A stretch of DNA of 64,000 nt. Source: Rhina ancylostomus (Eukaryota). The notes beneath the pieces are model-generated. The model had not been told where the DNA came from and made no database searches. It saw only the letters and a program-made list of their open reading frames with translations. Positions 12,771-25,554 of the stretch are shown here, piece after piece (the stretch's first letter is position 1; each line of letters opens with the position of its first letter). The translations under genes were made by a program, and so were the position numbers. The stretch spans positions 39,328,488-39,392,487 of the forward strand of contig JARFYF010000094.1 in assembly GCA_030265395.1 (NCBI GenBank), in the 5' to 3' direction.

Positions 12771-13469
12771 AATGGCAAACGCTAAGAAAGCAAGAATGAA
12801 ACAGTTGAACATCCATGGCATAAAAATCTGTCAAATAACTCAAGAGTTCCTCAGTCCATTTGTTTGGTCATTAACCCCAGTATATACAGTTAAAGATAAA
12901 ATCTATAATAGAACATAAAAAAATTCTGGAAATAACTCACTTCATATATCATCAGCGATATAATCTTAAAGTTCTTTATGATTTCAGCCCTGTGGGACAA
13001 TTTTTTTCTTTCTGTTTGTTCTCCCTCTCAGAAGTATATTTTCCATTGTGTTAAAATAATTTACATCATATTTCAGATCATGTTTTAGGTACATATTTAT
13101 GCCTTCTTTTGGTTCAGTGCAGAGTCCCAGTTTTCGCATGTTCATGTAACAGTGTGTCTCCGAGTACAGCTGTTTTCTGGTTTCCTTGTGCACACAGCAT
13201 GGCTCGTTTCTGACCTTACATCAATATTTTTCTAATTATCTTGAAGCTTGACAGCAATCTCTCAGCAGACTATTAAGGTACCTGCAGTTTTTCCATCCAT
13301 CCCAGCCTCTCCCAGCTGACTGCAATGACTCGTGCATCATAAATAAAACACATATCCCACCCCCCCAACCTACATGGGGGAGACAGACATTGGGGAATAC
13401 AGATGCACCTTGGGTTACTTGGGCTAAATGCACAGCACAGCAGAAGCTGTGCATTGTAAGTTGCTTCCT

Positions 13470-13795
13470 GGGCTGCACAATGGCACAGTTGGTAGAGCTG
13501 CTACCTCACAGCTCCAGTGACCTGCGTTCGATCCAGACATAGGGTGCTGTCTGTTTGGAGTTTGCACCTTTTCCCTATGACTGTNNNNNNNNNNNNNNNN
13601 NNNNNNCTCCACATTCCAAAGACATGCCAGTAGGTTTATTAGCCATAGCATAGGTGGGGTGTCAGGGGAATCAGGATGGAGTTGATGAGCATGTGAGAAT
13701 AGGTTGCAGAAGTTAAATGTGAATGGGATTGCTCTGTGAACCAGCATAGACTCAATGGGCCGAAATGGACCCTCCTATGTTGTAAGGAAATATGG
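13470..13795 (+). mobile_element. HE1-type V-SINE, near full length
   Basis: tRNA-like head (tggcacagttggtagagc...gttcgatcc), V-domain tgtctgtttggagtttgcac, CR1-derived tail catagactcaatgggccgaaatgg. Confidence 0.88.
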
Positions 13796-13837
13796 AAGCA
13801 AGTCCTGGAACTGGGTACTTGACAGCACATGCGCTCG

Positions 13838-14060
13838 GAGAGTACTGGGTTTGATCCTTGGTCTCTGCTCTGCCAGTTGATCTCATCTTGACGAGCAATA
13901 GGAATGCTGCAAGTTATTTGAAAGAGTTGCTGGTACTTGTCACTGATCTGCGGGCAGCTCACCCATCCTAAGTGTGGATTATTTCTCCATTAGGGTTGGC
14001 GATGGAGAAGCTGCTTGGAGTGGAGGTATACTGTAGTGCGGAATTGAAGGTAGCACCTGT
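13838..14060 (+). mobile_element. Second tRNA-derived SINE family (decayed)
   Basis: gggtttgatccttggtctctgc...gatctca is shared with the reverse-strand copy at 37150-37250. Confidence 0.45.
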
Positions 14061-14292
14061 GTTCCTTTGGATTATACTGAAGCACTTGACTGGAAACTGG
14101 ATCCATTTACACCTGTTACTTTATGCATAAATGATGCATAAAAAGTGAAATGTGTTTATTTTGAAGCATCTGTGCCCAATCTTGTCATTCACCCTAATGC
14201 AAGTTTTGTTCCCTGCTGTATTTCTCACTGTAATGTTGTCATTATTGTCCAATGATTGTTTCAAATGTTTAACGATGGAAATTGTGTCAAAA

Positions 14293-14507
14293 GGTTTCCT
14301 CCCATATCCCAAAGGCATGTGGGATGGTAGGTTAGTTGACCACTGTAAATTTTCCCTGGTATAGGTGAGTGGTAGAACTTGGAGGGTGTTTATAGGAATG
14401 TGGGGAGAATGAAATGAGATTAGTGTGGTATTAGTGTAAGTGGGTGCTTGATGGCCAGCATGGACTGGATGGGCTGAAGAGCCTGTTTCAGTGCTGTATG
14501 ACTCTAA
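14293..14507 (+). mobile_element. HE1-type SINE, 3' part
   Basis: ggtttcctcccatatcccaaag...cactgtaaatt...gggctgaagagcctgtttcagtgctgtatgactcta. Confidence 0.85.
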
Positions 14508-15404
14508 TGGTTGTACTGTAGCCAATGTAAGCAAATTTTGGAAGTGAAGTACAAAGCAGAACTACTACAATATCCAGCATTGATAATCTAGGTTGAATTT
14601 CCATCCTGTTAAAATGACAAACCAGTAAAACAAAATTCTGACAAATTCCTATCTGGCTTCCTTAGGCAACTGCAACTAGTGTAGGGTCTCCTCTGTTCAA
14701 CATGCACTTTTTAAACAAAGTAATCTCTGGTCCTGTCAGGAACAAATGCAACTATCATTTGCAGCAACTGAATTGTTTGTTGTGAATTACTGGGAGCCGC
14801 TCCAGTATTATAAAAGGACAGTGCATTTCATTTTATAACATTCCTGGCATCATAAAGCAATATACAAATCGACTGAATCCAATCATGAAAACGTAAAGAT
14901 ACTTCCCAGACAACCAAACTACTCCGGAGAAATACTCACACACCAACACCAGAATGTGAAAATAATCAGCTGCCATATCTAATTGCAATTTGGATGCACC
15001 CAGTACATAATGAAATAGAATCAAGGGGGGGGGGGGGGTCTGAGGAAAATGACACTCCAGGTAACAAGAGGAAGGAGTATGCTGAGTCTGTTAGGGTCCA
15101 AAAAAATAAGAGGACAGTTTGTAATCAAAATAGAAAATTGAATCTAGTTTGTTTCATCAGAGTCTGGGCAACTGGAAATATCCTGCGTGGTTTTTATTAA
15201 AGCACTGAAAATGCCAGCTTTGATGATGATGGACAGGCTCTACAATTTACTCTTCACTCTTGCAATTTATTTAGGATGATTAATTAGAAGTATGTGTAGA
15301 ATTTTACAAAATAACTGCATTGGAGTAATGGAATAAAATGAAGCAGAAAAGCTACGTTTCCAGGGAGACAAGTCTGTACTTTCCCTTGAAAATGCAGGAG
15401 ATGC

Positions 15405-15615
15405 CACACCCTACAGTTCCACATTCAGGGTCCCAAGCACTCCTTCCGAGTTAAGCATCAGATTATTTGTATCTCTTTTTATTTTGCGTAAGACATTCAC
15501 AGTACACAAAGTAAGCACCTCAACAACCTAGGAGTCCAAAAGCACATTGGATGATTTTTGCTGAACCTCTCTGTTCAGTTGGCAAGAGTGATGCAGAGCT
15601 TTCTATCAGCTCTCT
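15405..15615 (+). mobile_element. Penelope-like GIY-YIG endonuclease relic
   Basis: IQGPKHSFRVKHQIIC, then a decayed (YI)GE.K...DDF/FAEPLCSVGKSDAEL segment (RFAEHLRSV-like). Confidence 0.7.
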
Positions 15616-15697
15616 ATCTTCAGCCTTAGCACTGTCTCACTGGAGGTCAACAGATGATCAAAGAACAGTACTATGGGCGAGAAATTACATTACTACA

Positions 15698-15790
15698 TTC
15701 TTCTCAGGCAGCCACTCAGGGTCAAGGATGACTTGCTTCCACTCTTCTGAGGAGTGGAAGGTGCTTGTGCACAGGGTGTTAGCTGCACCA
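15698..15790 (-). mobile_element. RTE-type LINE 3' end
   Basis: ggatgacttgcttccact is the reverse complement of agtggaagcaagtcatcc at 28071-28088; RTE assignment from recalled 3' motif. Confidence 0.5.
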
Positions 15791-15854
15791 TCAGAAACTG
15801 CATGAATTTAGCAGAGTGAGGTCTTGGTCCAATGGGAAGGAAATTCTACACAGG

Positions 15855-15955
15855 TATGCCACATGCACGCAAACACACACGCGTGCTCACTAATGCACAC
15901 AAACACATACACACAAGCATCTGCGCAAAAACACCCACACATGCACACACAAACA
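15855..15955. repeat. Degenerate (CA)n microsatellite leading into an N gap
   Basis: cacatgcacgcaaacacacacg...acacacaaaca. Confidence 0.85.
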
Positions 15956-16944
15956 NNNNNNNNNNNNNNNNNNNNNNNNNNNNNNNNNNNNNNNNNNNNN
16001 NNNNNNNNNNNNNNNNNNNNNNNNNNNNNNNNNNNNNNNNNNNNNNNNNNNNNNNNNNNNNNNNNNNNNNNNNNNNNNNNNNNNNNNNNNNNNNNNNNNN
16101 NNNNNNNNNNNNNNNNNNNNNNNNNNNNNNNNNNNNNNNNNNNNNNNNNNNNNNNNNNNNNNNNNNNNNTAGACACCTCATTTTGTTCATACCCTTTTCC
16201 CCTACATCCTTCCACCTCTTTCAGGTCCCACTCCCTCAATATTCCTACTTCTGTCCCCTTTCCCCAATTGCCTCCTGAAGTTTCCCCCTCCCTTCCAGTT
16301 CTCTACTCTTCACATTCCCTCTTCTCTCTTAAATTCTTCACTCTTCCATTCTTTCTCCATTCCCCTGTTCTTCTCCCCCCCACCCCTACACACACCAATT
16401 AGTGTTGACCTCCATTCCCCGTCTTCAGAATGCTCACTTTTTTCCACAAGTCAACAGCTTATTAAGTGAGCAGACCAACTTCCAGGTCATTTCCACCAAT
16501 TTCCTGTCATTTGGAGACAGTCTCCCAGATTAAATTTGGAATCTCTGGCAGTGCTGCATCATTAGAAGATCCTAAGACATTCCTGAAAAATCAAAATGCA
16601 GTGAAAATTTTGTAAATGCATGTGTAAGTCACTTGTTACAGTATGGAGTAGAGGAAGCTGCTTAACAAGTCTGCACCTTCTAGGGCTGCTACTGCCACCT
16701 CTTTGGCCTGGCCATCCTCTTTTCCTTGACAACCGTAACACCCAATGAAAACACAACTGGAAAGAAGGAATGTTGATCAGAAATAATTCCAGGCCCAACA
16801 ATACATGCATGCAGAAAGGTAAAGGAAGGGAAGGGCAATATTGGTCCCAGTGAGACTGGGAAGATGGAAACCCTCGCCAGGGCAGCACCAATCCCAAGGC
16901 ATTTTACACCTATATTAGGAGGGTAGCTAGGGAAAGGGAGGTCC

Positions 16945-17428
16945 ATAAGTACAAAGGAAAGAATTTATTCATGGAGCCAGAGGAAGTGGGTGAGGACTTT
17001 AATGAGTACTTTGCATCAGTAATCACAAAGGAGAAGGACATAGATGATGGTGAGATCAGAGATGGGTATGTTGATATCCTAGGTCACAATAATATACATA
17101 AAGAGGAGGTGTTCCGTCTCTTAAAAAACATTAAGTTGGATAAGTCCTCGGGATCTGAGAGGATCAATCTCATGATAGACTGAGGGAGGCAAGACAAGAG
17201 ATTGCTGGGCCTTTGACAGAGATCTCTGCATCCTCTTTAGTGACGAGCGAGGTAGGTCCCAGAAGATTGGAGAATCATCAATGTTCTTCCTCCGTTTAAG
17301 AAGGGCAACTGGAACAAACCAGGAATTATAGGCCAGTGAGCTTTGCACCAGTGGAAGGGAAATTATTAGAGAAGATCCTTAGGGACAGGATTTACTCACA
17401 TTTGGAAAAGCATGGACTTATTAGGGAT
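16945..17428 (+). mobile_element. CR1/HER1 ORF2 fragment (linker plus RT N-terminus)
   Basis: MEPEEVGEDFNEYFASVITKEKD, IKLDKSSG, VPEDWR, KPGNYRPVSF, LEKHGLIRD. Confidence 0.9.
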
Positions 17429-17934
17429 AGGGATTGTTCTCTGTCTGAAGTTGATTTCATTGAATTCAATGTATCCGACTTGCGCACGTCCAACCAAGGA
17501 TGATCTTCTAGGCAATAATATTTCAGAACAGCCAGGAATGGTGACCTCGATCAATATCGTTCCCAAAACATTGAGGTCAAGATCTCTGTCCATCTCTTCC
17601 CTTGGTGAGATTGACTACTTCAAAGNNNNNNNNNNNNNNNNNNNNNNNNNNNNNNNNNNNNNNNNNNCCTGTGATGTTGAATCTGCCTCTTTAGCAAATA
17701 ATGCATCATTTAATGTATTCCCAGGAAATCAAGAATAGATGGTGCAGGTCAATTCCTTGATCTTTGCTGAATTCAGTTTCAAACATCTGGCAAATTATTG
17801 GGTGAGGAGAGGGAGTAGACATGGGACAGGTGAAGGAGGCACTTGAAGGTGGAGAAGCAAACCTAGGGTTGACAAACCTAAAGAATAATCAGTGAGATTG
17901 CTCTAGGTGTGATTGTGTAGAATCTGGCTAAACT

Positions 17935-18042
17935 GGGAGGCGGGAAAATGGGGTTGAGAGAAAAACAGCCATGCTTGAATGATGGAGCAGACTCAATGGA
18001 GCGAATAGCCTAATTCTGCTCCTATACCTTATGATCTTATGC
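17935..18042 (+). mobile_element. CR1 3' tail
   Basis: gccatgcttgaatgatggagcagactcaatgg...ctaattctgctcctataccttatgatcttatg. Confidence 0.8.
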
Positions 18043-19879
18043 TCTGCACAATAAAGAAGTTTTCTGATACTCATATCATTAATATGATGTGGGTATCATA
18101 CCATAGATACGAATTCCCACCTTAAACATTTTCATCAAAAAAGGAACCAAAAGAAATGTGGATCTCTGCCATCCCTGTACCCACTCTCCTTCCTTCATTA
18201 TAACGGTTAATTACTTCGTTCACTCACATTTCTCTATTTCCCCCTCATATCCCTACCTTGCTGTATTTTCAAATCTGTCTCCATTATCCCTTCCCATTGT
18301 GAGCTCTTGTGTTACAGGCATAAGGCCCAGAGTGCCCCCACTCATTCCATTTACTTGATCTCCTCTACAAAGCAGCATAGATCCTTCTTCATTATAAGAA
18401 GTATTAGCGGCATATACTGGCCATCCACCACCTCAGTTAACAATGAAATGCAATAGATATAGGTCAGCCTTTCCCTTGCTTTTTCAGAGTAACACAATAA
18501 TAACAGATTTGTGGCGTACAGCTTTCCAAGTCACATTTCTTATAAAACATAATAAAAATGTGCTTTCCATTTCACGGGAAATGGAACCCATTTGAGTTTA
18601 TATAATGGACATCTTGAGGTCTTTGATTGAAAATACTGGCACTTTTTATTGAAGAGGATTCAATCCCATAATTACTTCAAGGGCAGACACAGTAAAGGTG
18701 GTTCAGTTGTGTGCTGTCAAAAGCTTTCATGCTGTAATGTCACAGCCAACAGAATTGCCGTCCCACATTATCGTAAAGCATTGCTATTCTCTGCTAGATA
18801 CTCTCAAAAATTAGTTTTTCATTTCTTCACATCAAATTATGTATAGCTCTTGTGATGAAAATAGTGCTAGTTCTTGTTAAGAAAAGGCTGAGCAGATCAA
18901 AGAACAGCATCAAAAGGAAATGGTTTTAGTCATCAGAGCTGCCTGTTGTTTGACTTGAGCAGAATCCACGAATGAGTGACTTTGCTGGTCACCTCAATTC
19001 TACAGAAATTATACACAGAACAGTGCAAAGGAAATAGAGACAGGNNNNNNNCTGCCTATAAACATACAGCATATATAGCAGAACACTCAAGGCATGCACA
19101 TTCCAAACACAAGTTAATACAAACATAGACTCATGGTGACCATGCCTATATACAGAACACAAAGCACAGAGTAACAATATCCATGCACAGAGTGTAAATA
19201 TTGTACCACCACACTGGATAAACTGTTCAGCCTTCAACCTCACAATGTACAGAGGCATAATCACAAATGGCCCCAAATGACCAAGTGTCAGGGTGACCAA
19301 GATGCCAGCTGTGCCAATTACCTGAGATTAAAATAACATGCCCACTGACCCTCGAGTCCATCCAGGACCAAAGCTAAGCTATCTGATTTTGACTGGTCAT
19401 TAGGACAGCTTTACAAATAAATCATGAGAAAATAGTAGAGACTGCAACCCAAACCTGCTGACACCCACAGATGATAACCAATTCATGTTCCATTCAAAGA
19501 TGACTTCACTTACAAAATTACTTCACTGCGATCGGAGTTATGATAGATTTGGAATGAAATGAATAGCTCTTTCAAAGAGTCAGGGGCAGGTCATAGACTC
19601 AAATGCCTTCTTTAATGTATTATTGAGGAAGTTGAATAAGTGTGGAAGTACGTGACAAGGTTAGACAAAGTTATGCAAGAGAGGCTTATAAGAATATACA
19701 GTACATACATGCAAAGAGTAGTTAGTTGACCTGTTTCTATGCTGAAAATTTGGTAGGTGATCTACTGTAACACTCTATACCCTTTCAAACTCCTAATGAG
19801 TGTTCATTTCACACCACAGTCTTCATTCCAAAGTGCCTTGGGACAACAACTCATATTTTTTCTAATTTTTCATATTTCC

Positions 19880-20216
19880 TTATGATACAGGAGGAGGCCC
19901 TTTGGCCCGGTGAGTTTATGCTGCCTCTCAGAGATTGCCCATCAGTCCTATTTCTCCACTTATCTTCTGCAACCTATTCTCACAACTCCATTCCGATTCT
20001 CCTGTCACCCACCTGCACTTGGAGCAATTTACAGTAGCCAGTAAACCTACTAGCATAACAATAGGATGTAAGAGGAAACTGGAACACCTGAGTGAAACCA
20101 GCATGGTGATGGGGAGAATGTGCAAACTCCCCACAGGGAATGCTCAAGGTCAGGTTTGGACGTAAGTACTGGAGCCGTGTGGCAGCAACACCAAACGTTG
20201 CATCACTGTGCCACCA
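19880..20216 (-). mobile_element. HE1-type V-SINE
   Basis: ggggagaatgtgcaaactccccacag (reverse V-domain), gcaatttacagtagcc, head ending ctgtgccacc. Confidence 0.85.
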
Positions 20217-21734
20217 TACAACTGTTCATTTACTCATCCTTCGATGGGTTGGTTATGAAGGGCAGTTGGGTCTTAAACTGGTTACTCACACATCAGAAAA
20301 GGAAAAACACCCAAGCAATGGATGGAGAGAAGGCAGTGCACTGGTGGCTCTGGATNNNNNNNNNNNNGCTCAGATGAATGCAGATGGTCCAGCTGATTGA
20401 CAAGGAGGAGCAGCAGCAATGCACAAGTAGTTTGTGGCCAGATGACACAGCCATACTATGCATGTCTGCAGAAAGAGTGGAGGAGTCCACCATGGGCAGC
20501 GTTTTGCAAAAATGTCTTCATCCATGGAAAGAGTGAGTAACTACACGGAGGACCAAACAAATGGGGTTTGATGCCCCATGCAACACAAGCCTTCATCAAA
20601 GGTACACACGATGAATCACCTTTATATGACACGTGAAACCCTAACTTCGACTGTTTATCTCTCCACATGGACAGCACACAAGGTAAGGACTGAACCCAGT
20701 CACTGGAGATGCGTGGAACTAAACACTCACCACCTAATTGCTAATAGGCAACTATGAGAGGGACATGAAAGAGGTGGCTCCTGATAAAGGTGTTTCACCA
20801 TTTCACCCGCTGTTCCCCTTCCTACCCCAACCTGATGGCAGGGTCTATCCCTTCTCATTTGTAAGTGAAGCAGTCTATGTTGGGAACCCTGTGAGCTCCA
20901 TAACCTAGTGGATATCAGGCATGAGCATTTGAATCTTTGGAGTTCTAGGAAAAAGATTACAGATCAGTTGTTCCAGGTAGATGCACACAAGTATTTACAG
21001 GTAAATGAGAAGTAAGTGCATCTGGCATCAAGTGGATGGAATGATAAACTCAGTGAATTTTCCATTAGTGGGAACATCCCAGCCAGGAACATTCACGGTT
21101 CCTGCTGCATTGCCTGCATCAAGATCTTCCTTCCAACCCTCATCACCTGAAGTGGCTCTTTCCTTCCAGTATGTGCCTCCTGCAGTGATCTCTAATGCAT
21201 AGATTGTGCAGAGCCCAACAGACCACCACCATTCAGGAGGCTGTGGTAAGTCTGTGGCAAAGGATCCTCCAGACCTGGTTTGTTAATGACATCTCCAGCT
21301 GTCAGATACTTTAGTTGTAGCATTCCTGGGCCTCATTGGGTACATTTCTTATGGGTGTCAACCACATCTTAATTGGATATCCATGGCTTTCAGGGAGGCA
21401 GGCAGTATGTCTACTTTGAGGTGCAAAGAGATCAGAGAAACTAGAATATTCAGGATAAAGATAGTGGGGCAACTCCCCCTAATCCTGGTGCTCACCTACA
21501 TGACAATTTGACATGCAGACATTCTGTCAATGCACCACATTTAACCTCCAGCCTAGTCCTAAACATGCCCCATCACAGGAGTGAAGATTCAGCCCCAAGT
21601 GTTGACACAACAGTAGGGCTGTAAGTTGGTCCAGATAATACCTGGAATTTATGGTGATGAACAAGNNNNNNNNNNCAAGAGTGTGACTCACAGTAAATTT
21701 AGCCTGTATTGTTCAAGTACAAAGGAGTTCACAC

Positions 21735-21900
21735 TCTACCAGAATATACAGGCAAGAGCAAGTGACTCTGGGAATCACTTCCCAGATTACAGACTCCATG
21801 AAGTTCAGGGCACCAGGTCAAATTTAGGCAAGGAAACCTTCTGCGAGTTACTACCTACCATCCCACCTCAGCTGATGGATCGATCCTCTGTCACGTTGAA
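21735..21900 (+). mobile_element. Inverted copy of the LINE endonuclease relic at 22100-22610
   Basis: DYRLHEVQGTRS / HPTSADGSILCHVE; reverse complement of 22293-22441. Confidence 0.85.
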
Positions 21901-22099
21901 GGATGCACTGATTGAGCAACAATATAATTCAAGATTGATAAAATTCTGATTAAAATCAAATCAATTAAAAACTTAGCTGCACACAAAAAAAAACGTGTTG
22001 GGGGCTTGTTTCAAAATGCAACACCAATAGAGTGAACAGCCAATCTGTGGAATTATGGGATGGCAGACCCACTTCATTAATATTTTCATCACATCCCAA

Positions 22100-22610
22100 A
22101 GCTGTTTGCAGCCAATTAGGTTGTTCCCTCTGGTTAATGCTATCACCACTGGAAGCACAGTCTGCCAATCACATGCTTCAGGACCTGGCCAGTCCAATCA
22201 CTGAATCAATCTTTGTGAAAAACAGTGAACTCCCACACTAATTTTTTGTGCCTTTGCTGCCATTAGTGTCTACTCTAAGTGGTGTTCAACATGATCCATC
22301 AGCTGAGCTGGGATGGTAGGTCGTAACTAGCCGAAAGCCTCCTTGCCTAAGTTTGACCTGGTGCCCTGAAACTTCATGGAGTCTGTAATCAATGCTGAGG
22401 ATTCCCAGAGTCACTTGCTCTTGCCTGTATATTCTGGTAGATTTGTTCTGCTGGTGAGACAAGACGTATGCAGGAATGGTGATGCTGGACTCTGATGCAT
22501 TGGTTAAAGGCACGATTCTGAGTCAGGCTGTTGCTTGACTAATTATGGAGCAGCCCTCACAATTTTGGCATGTTTCCAGATATTAGCAAAAGGACTTTTC
22601 AACATTGACT
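22100..22610 (-). mobile_element. L2/CR1-group APE endonuclease relic
   Basis: ORF 22286-22513: ITIPAYVLSHQQ..LGILSID..HEVS..VTTYHPSSAD; continues HVEHHLE, a GDFN-like motif and TRGNNL. Confidence 0.8.
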
Positions 22611-22775
22611 GTGATCAGTGTGTCTTTATCAAATTTAATATCAAGTTTGATGCTAGATTGATTATTTAGCTTTATATTTATTTATTGTCCCTTGAGGTTG
22701 ATTCTTCAGTCCTGCAATTTCAAATGCTCTATCAAAGTGAAACCTTCCTCTGTTTTCATGGCACCAACTGAAGAC

Positions 22776-22870
22776 CTGGTCCAGATGAAGGGTCTCGACC
22801 CGAAAAGTCGGCTGTCCATTTCTGTCCACAGATGCCGCCTGACCTGCTGAGTTCCTCCAACATTTTGCTT
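22776..22870 (+). mobile_element. Solo Penelope pLTR fragment with hammerhead-like motif (CAGATGA variant)
   Basis: ggtc CAGATGA a gggtc tc gaccc GAAA agtc ggctg, then tccacagatgccgcctgacctgctgagttcctcc. Confidence 0.85.
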
Positions 22871-22899
22871 GGCAATAAAGAATTGTTGTTCTTCAATTG

Positions 22900-23015
22900 G
22901 TGCCACTTGAACAGAGAAAGACCTCTGTTTAATACAAAATCTGAAAATGCAGGACTCCTCTGCTGGACGGAAATGTCAGGTGATTATTTACTCTAAGTGT
23001 GAGACCTAAACCTTC
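22900..23015 (-). mobile_element. DeuSINE-like relic
   Basis: ccacttgaacagagaaagacctctgtttaat...tctgaaa resembles the reverse Deu-domain start; compare 59130-59170. Confidence 0.45.
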
Positions 23016-23999
23016 AAGATGAAACTGTTATCAGCAGCAATAACTTTATTTTGATGAAGGTAACAGCAGTGCTTTCTATATGGCCAGAGAGACAGCAGTC
23101 GGGAGAATCTCTCAGAGTTAATGTGCTCTGAGAAAAATGCAAATACAGATCAAACTTCAGAATACACTTTTCTTTCTATGTGACACCCCAATGCACAGGA
23201 ACCAAAGGGGATATCACCCCCAACTCATCAAGAGGAAATTCATACAATTACAGCCCAAATCTAAAATTCAGATTCATTTTAATTATTATGACTGAATGGT
23301 CTATTACAAAGCATGGCACCAGAAGACAATTAATTATTGCAGACAAATCCCAAATGGTGAATAATGAATGCTTTCCTCAAACCTTCTATTAAAATAAGTC
23401 ACGTTTGTAAATTGGGAATCAGCCTTGTAATCAGATAAGTGCCAACAGAACGACCTGAAACTAATGAGGCACTGGTTTTATTGCTCACATCATATCCACG
23501 GCATCTGATTAAATAGCTAAATATTTATTCTTCTGAAAATATTAACTGTATCTCCTCAAATACAAATATTAAGCCCATGTCCATTTTGTTGTTTTCCTTC
23601 CAAGCTTTGTTTCCTTTTGTCTGGGAAGCACTAATTGAAGCTAAGGTATGTTTCACAGGTGTTGCAAGGCTTAGATGACTCCTTACTCAGTGGCCATTTG
23701 GCATTAGAAAATCAGCAGATGTTGAATGAATACAGTGTCCACCATGATCAGCTGATATTCAATACAGACCAAAAAAAAATCAAGATAAGGAAAAGTCTCA
23801 GGGCTGCAGAGGTCAGAAAATTGCTAAGAGGCAGATTTGTCTATTAAACAATTCGGAGCCCCATCCATTTATTTCTTTTCCAAAATATGACCTCTCTCAG
23901 TGGCCTCTTTCCCCTGTTTGACACTCAATTAGATAATAGGTCCCAAGGTCTTTCTCTGTGATAGCTATTATCTAGGTACTAGTAGGTGTACAAAAGTGA

Positions 24000-24370
24000 T
24001 ATTGTGAAATTGAGGGGAGATTTTAATTGAAGTGTAAAATTATGAGAAGTCCAAAATAGACTGGATAGGAAGGACTTAATTCCCTTGATAAAGAAGTCAG
24101 TAATTCAGGTGGCATTCATTTAGTGTGAATGCATGAAGGATGAAAAGGGAGTTAAGAAAAGGAATAATCACTTAGGGGAAGGTAGAAGTCAATGTCTGAT
24201 AGGTGTTACAGGCTGAAACTCTTCAGTTGCATTGATAATCTTCCTGAGTAACCACTTGATGTGCCATATCTACACTGGCATAGATCAATTTAAATCTATA
24301 TTCTTGCAGGCATATATGCAGCTTTGCCATTCTTAGTTGCCATAGACCAAGCAGATTCTTTCTGTGTGTA
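24000..24370 (+). mobile_element. Decayed CR1 3' fragment
   Basis: ttgaggggagattttaattgaagtgtaaaattatgaga (LRGDLIEVYKIM-like). Confidence 0.6.
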
Positions 24371-25289
24371 CATTTTTATGAAATAATTATTTTCTGATAT
24401 TGCTACTTGGGCATTGGTGACTTTTGTTTCTCAAACCACCGTCCTTATGTCCTCAATAGTGTTTTCATTTGCCTTGAGAGCCATAGCATTTTCACAGCTC
24501 TCTTTCAAGAATGTTCCCAAAACTAATTTTTAGATTACTTCAGTAATTGGTTCAATCCCTTCCTCAAAATCCTCTTCATTTTTAAGATTTAGCATAGGAA
24601 AAAGTAGCCAGGCCTTATGTTAGGTTTTAAATGCACAAGCAAATAATTGCAAAAGTATAACATATTAAACCATGCATAACTGAAGATAATAATTTGCAAC
24701 TGCAGGAATAAGTGCAATATCTACCTTAAAAAAATCCTTTCCTCTTAAGCCATGAAAGTTGTGAGGTTATTAATATTCAGAGTTTTCCAGTCGTCCCTTT
24801 TTTATATAGGCTTCAGTGTTTGAAAAATGGCCTGCTGATAAATTTTCTCCCAAAACAGTAATTAAAACTTCAAGTAATTGTCTACTGAATTCAAAAAGCT
24901 GACAGCATAGCTGTACAAACTAGCACAATACATGTTTGTATCTGAATTGACGACTGAGCTCTCCTTGAAGCAGATTGCTTTGTAACCAACTGAATAATAG
25001 TCACAATGCACCATTAAGCAGGGACATGAGAGAAGCTTGTTTTTGACTCCAGGTACTATGAAGCCAAAGCCAAGTTAAGGATTGATACAAAAATGCTTTA
25101 GTTTAGCAAAGTAAGATTGACAGGCTTCTACTGAGGATCTCCTTAAGTTGTCCCATTATATTTGAAGTTCTCAGCAAGACGTGCACACAACCTCACAATA
25201 GTGAGATATGGTGATAAACTGAATAATTATGTAACCTTCCTAACATAAGAAAATTTGACAGTCACATTAAAGATTTAAACTTGAAAACA

Positions 25290-25545
25290 TATTGTATTGA
25301 GGTCAGTTGCATTCCCTTGCGTACAAAATACTGAAGGGTGATCTAAATGAGGTGCCTAAACTGAGAAATGACTTCCATAGATAATATAATGAACACTGAT
25401 TTTTCTCTGGTGGGCTGCTACAGAACAAAGCAGGATAGTCTTAAATTTAGAGCCAAGTATTAAAGGATTGAATCAAGAAACACTTCTTCAGGCCAAAGGT
25501 GAAAACCATTGAAATGGCAGTGGAAACCAGGACAACTGAAGTCAT
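25290..25545 (+). mobile_element. Decayed CR1 3' fragment
   Basis: ctgaagggtgatctaaatgaggtg (LKGDLNEV) and aagaaacacttcttc. Confidence 0.55.
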
Positions 25546-25554
25546 AGTCATGGC

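Noticed and set aside
13470-13540. tRNA gene candidates (also 680-748 and 53330-53400)
   Set aside because: A/B boxes continue into SINE bodies and no full cloverleaf forms; these are SINE heads
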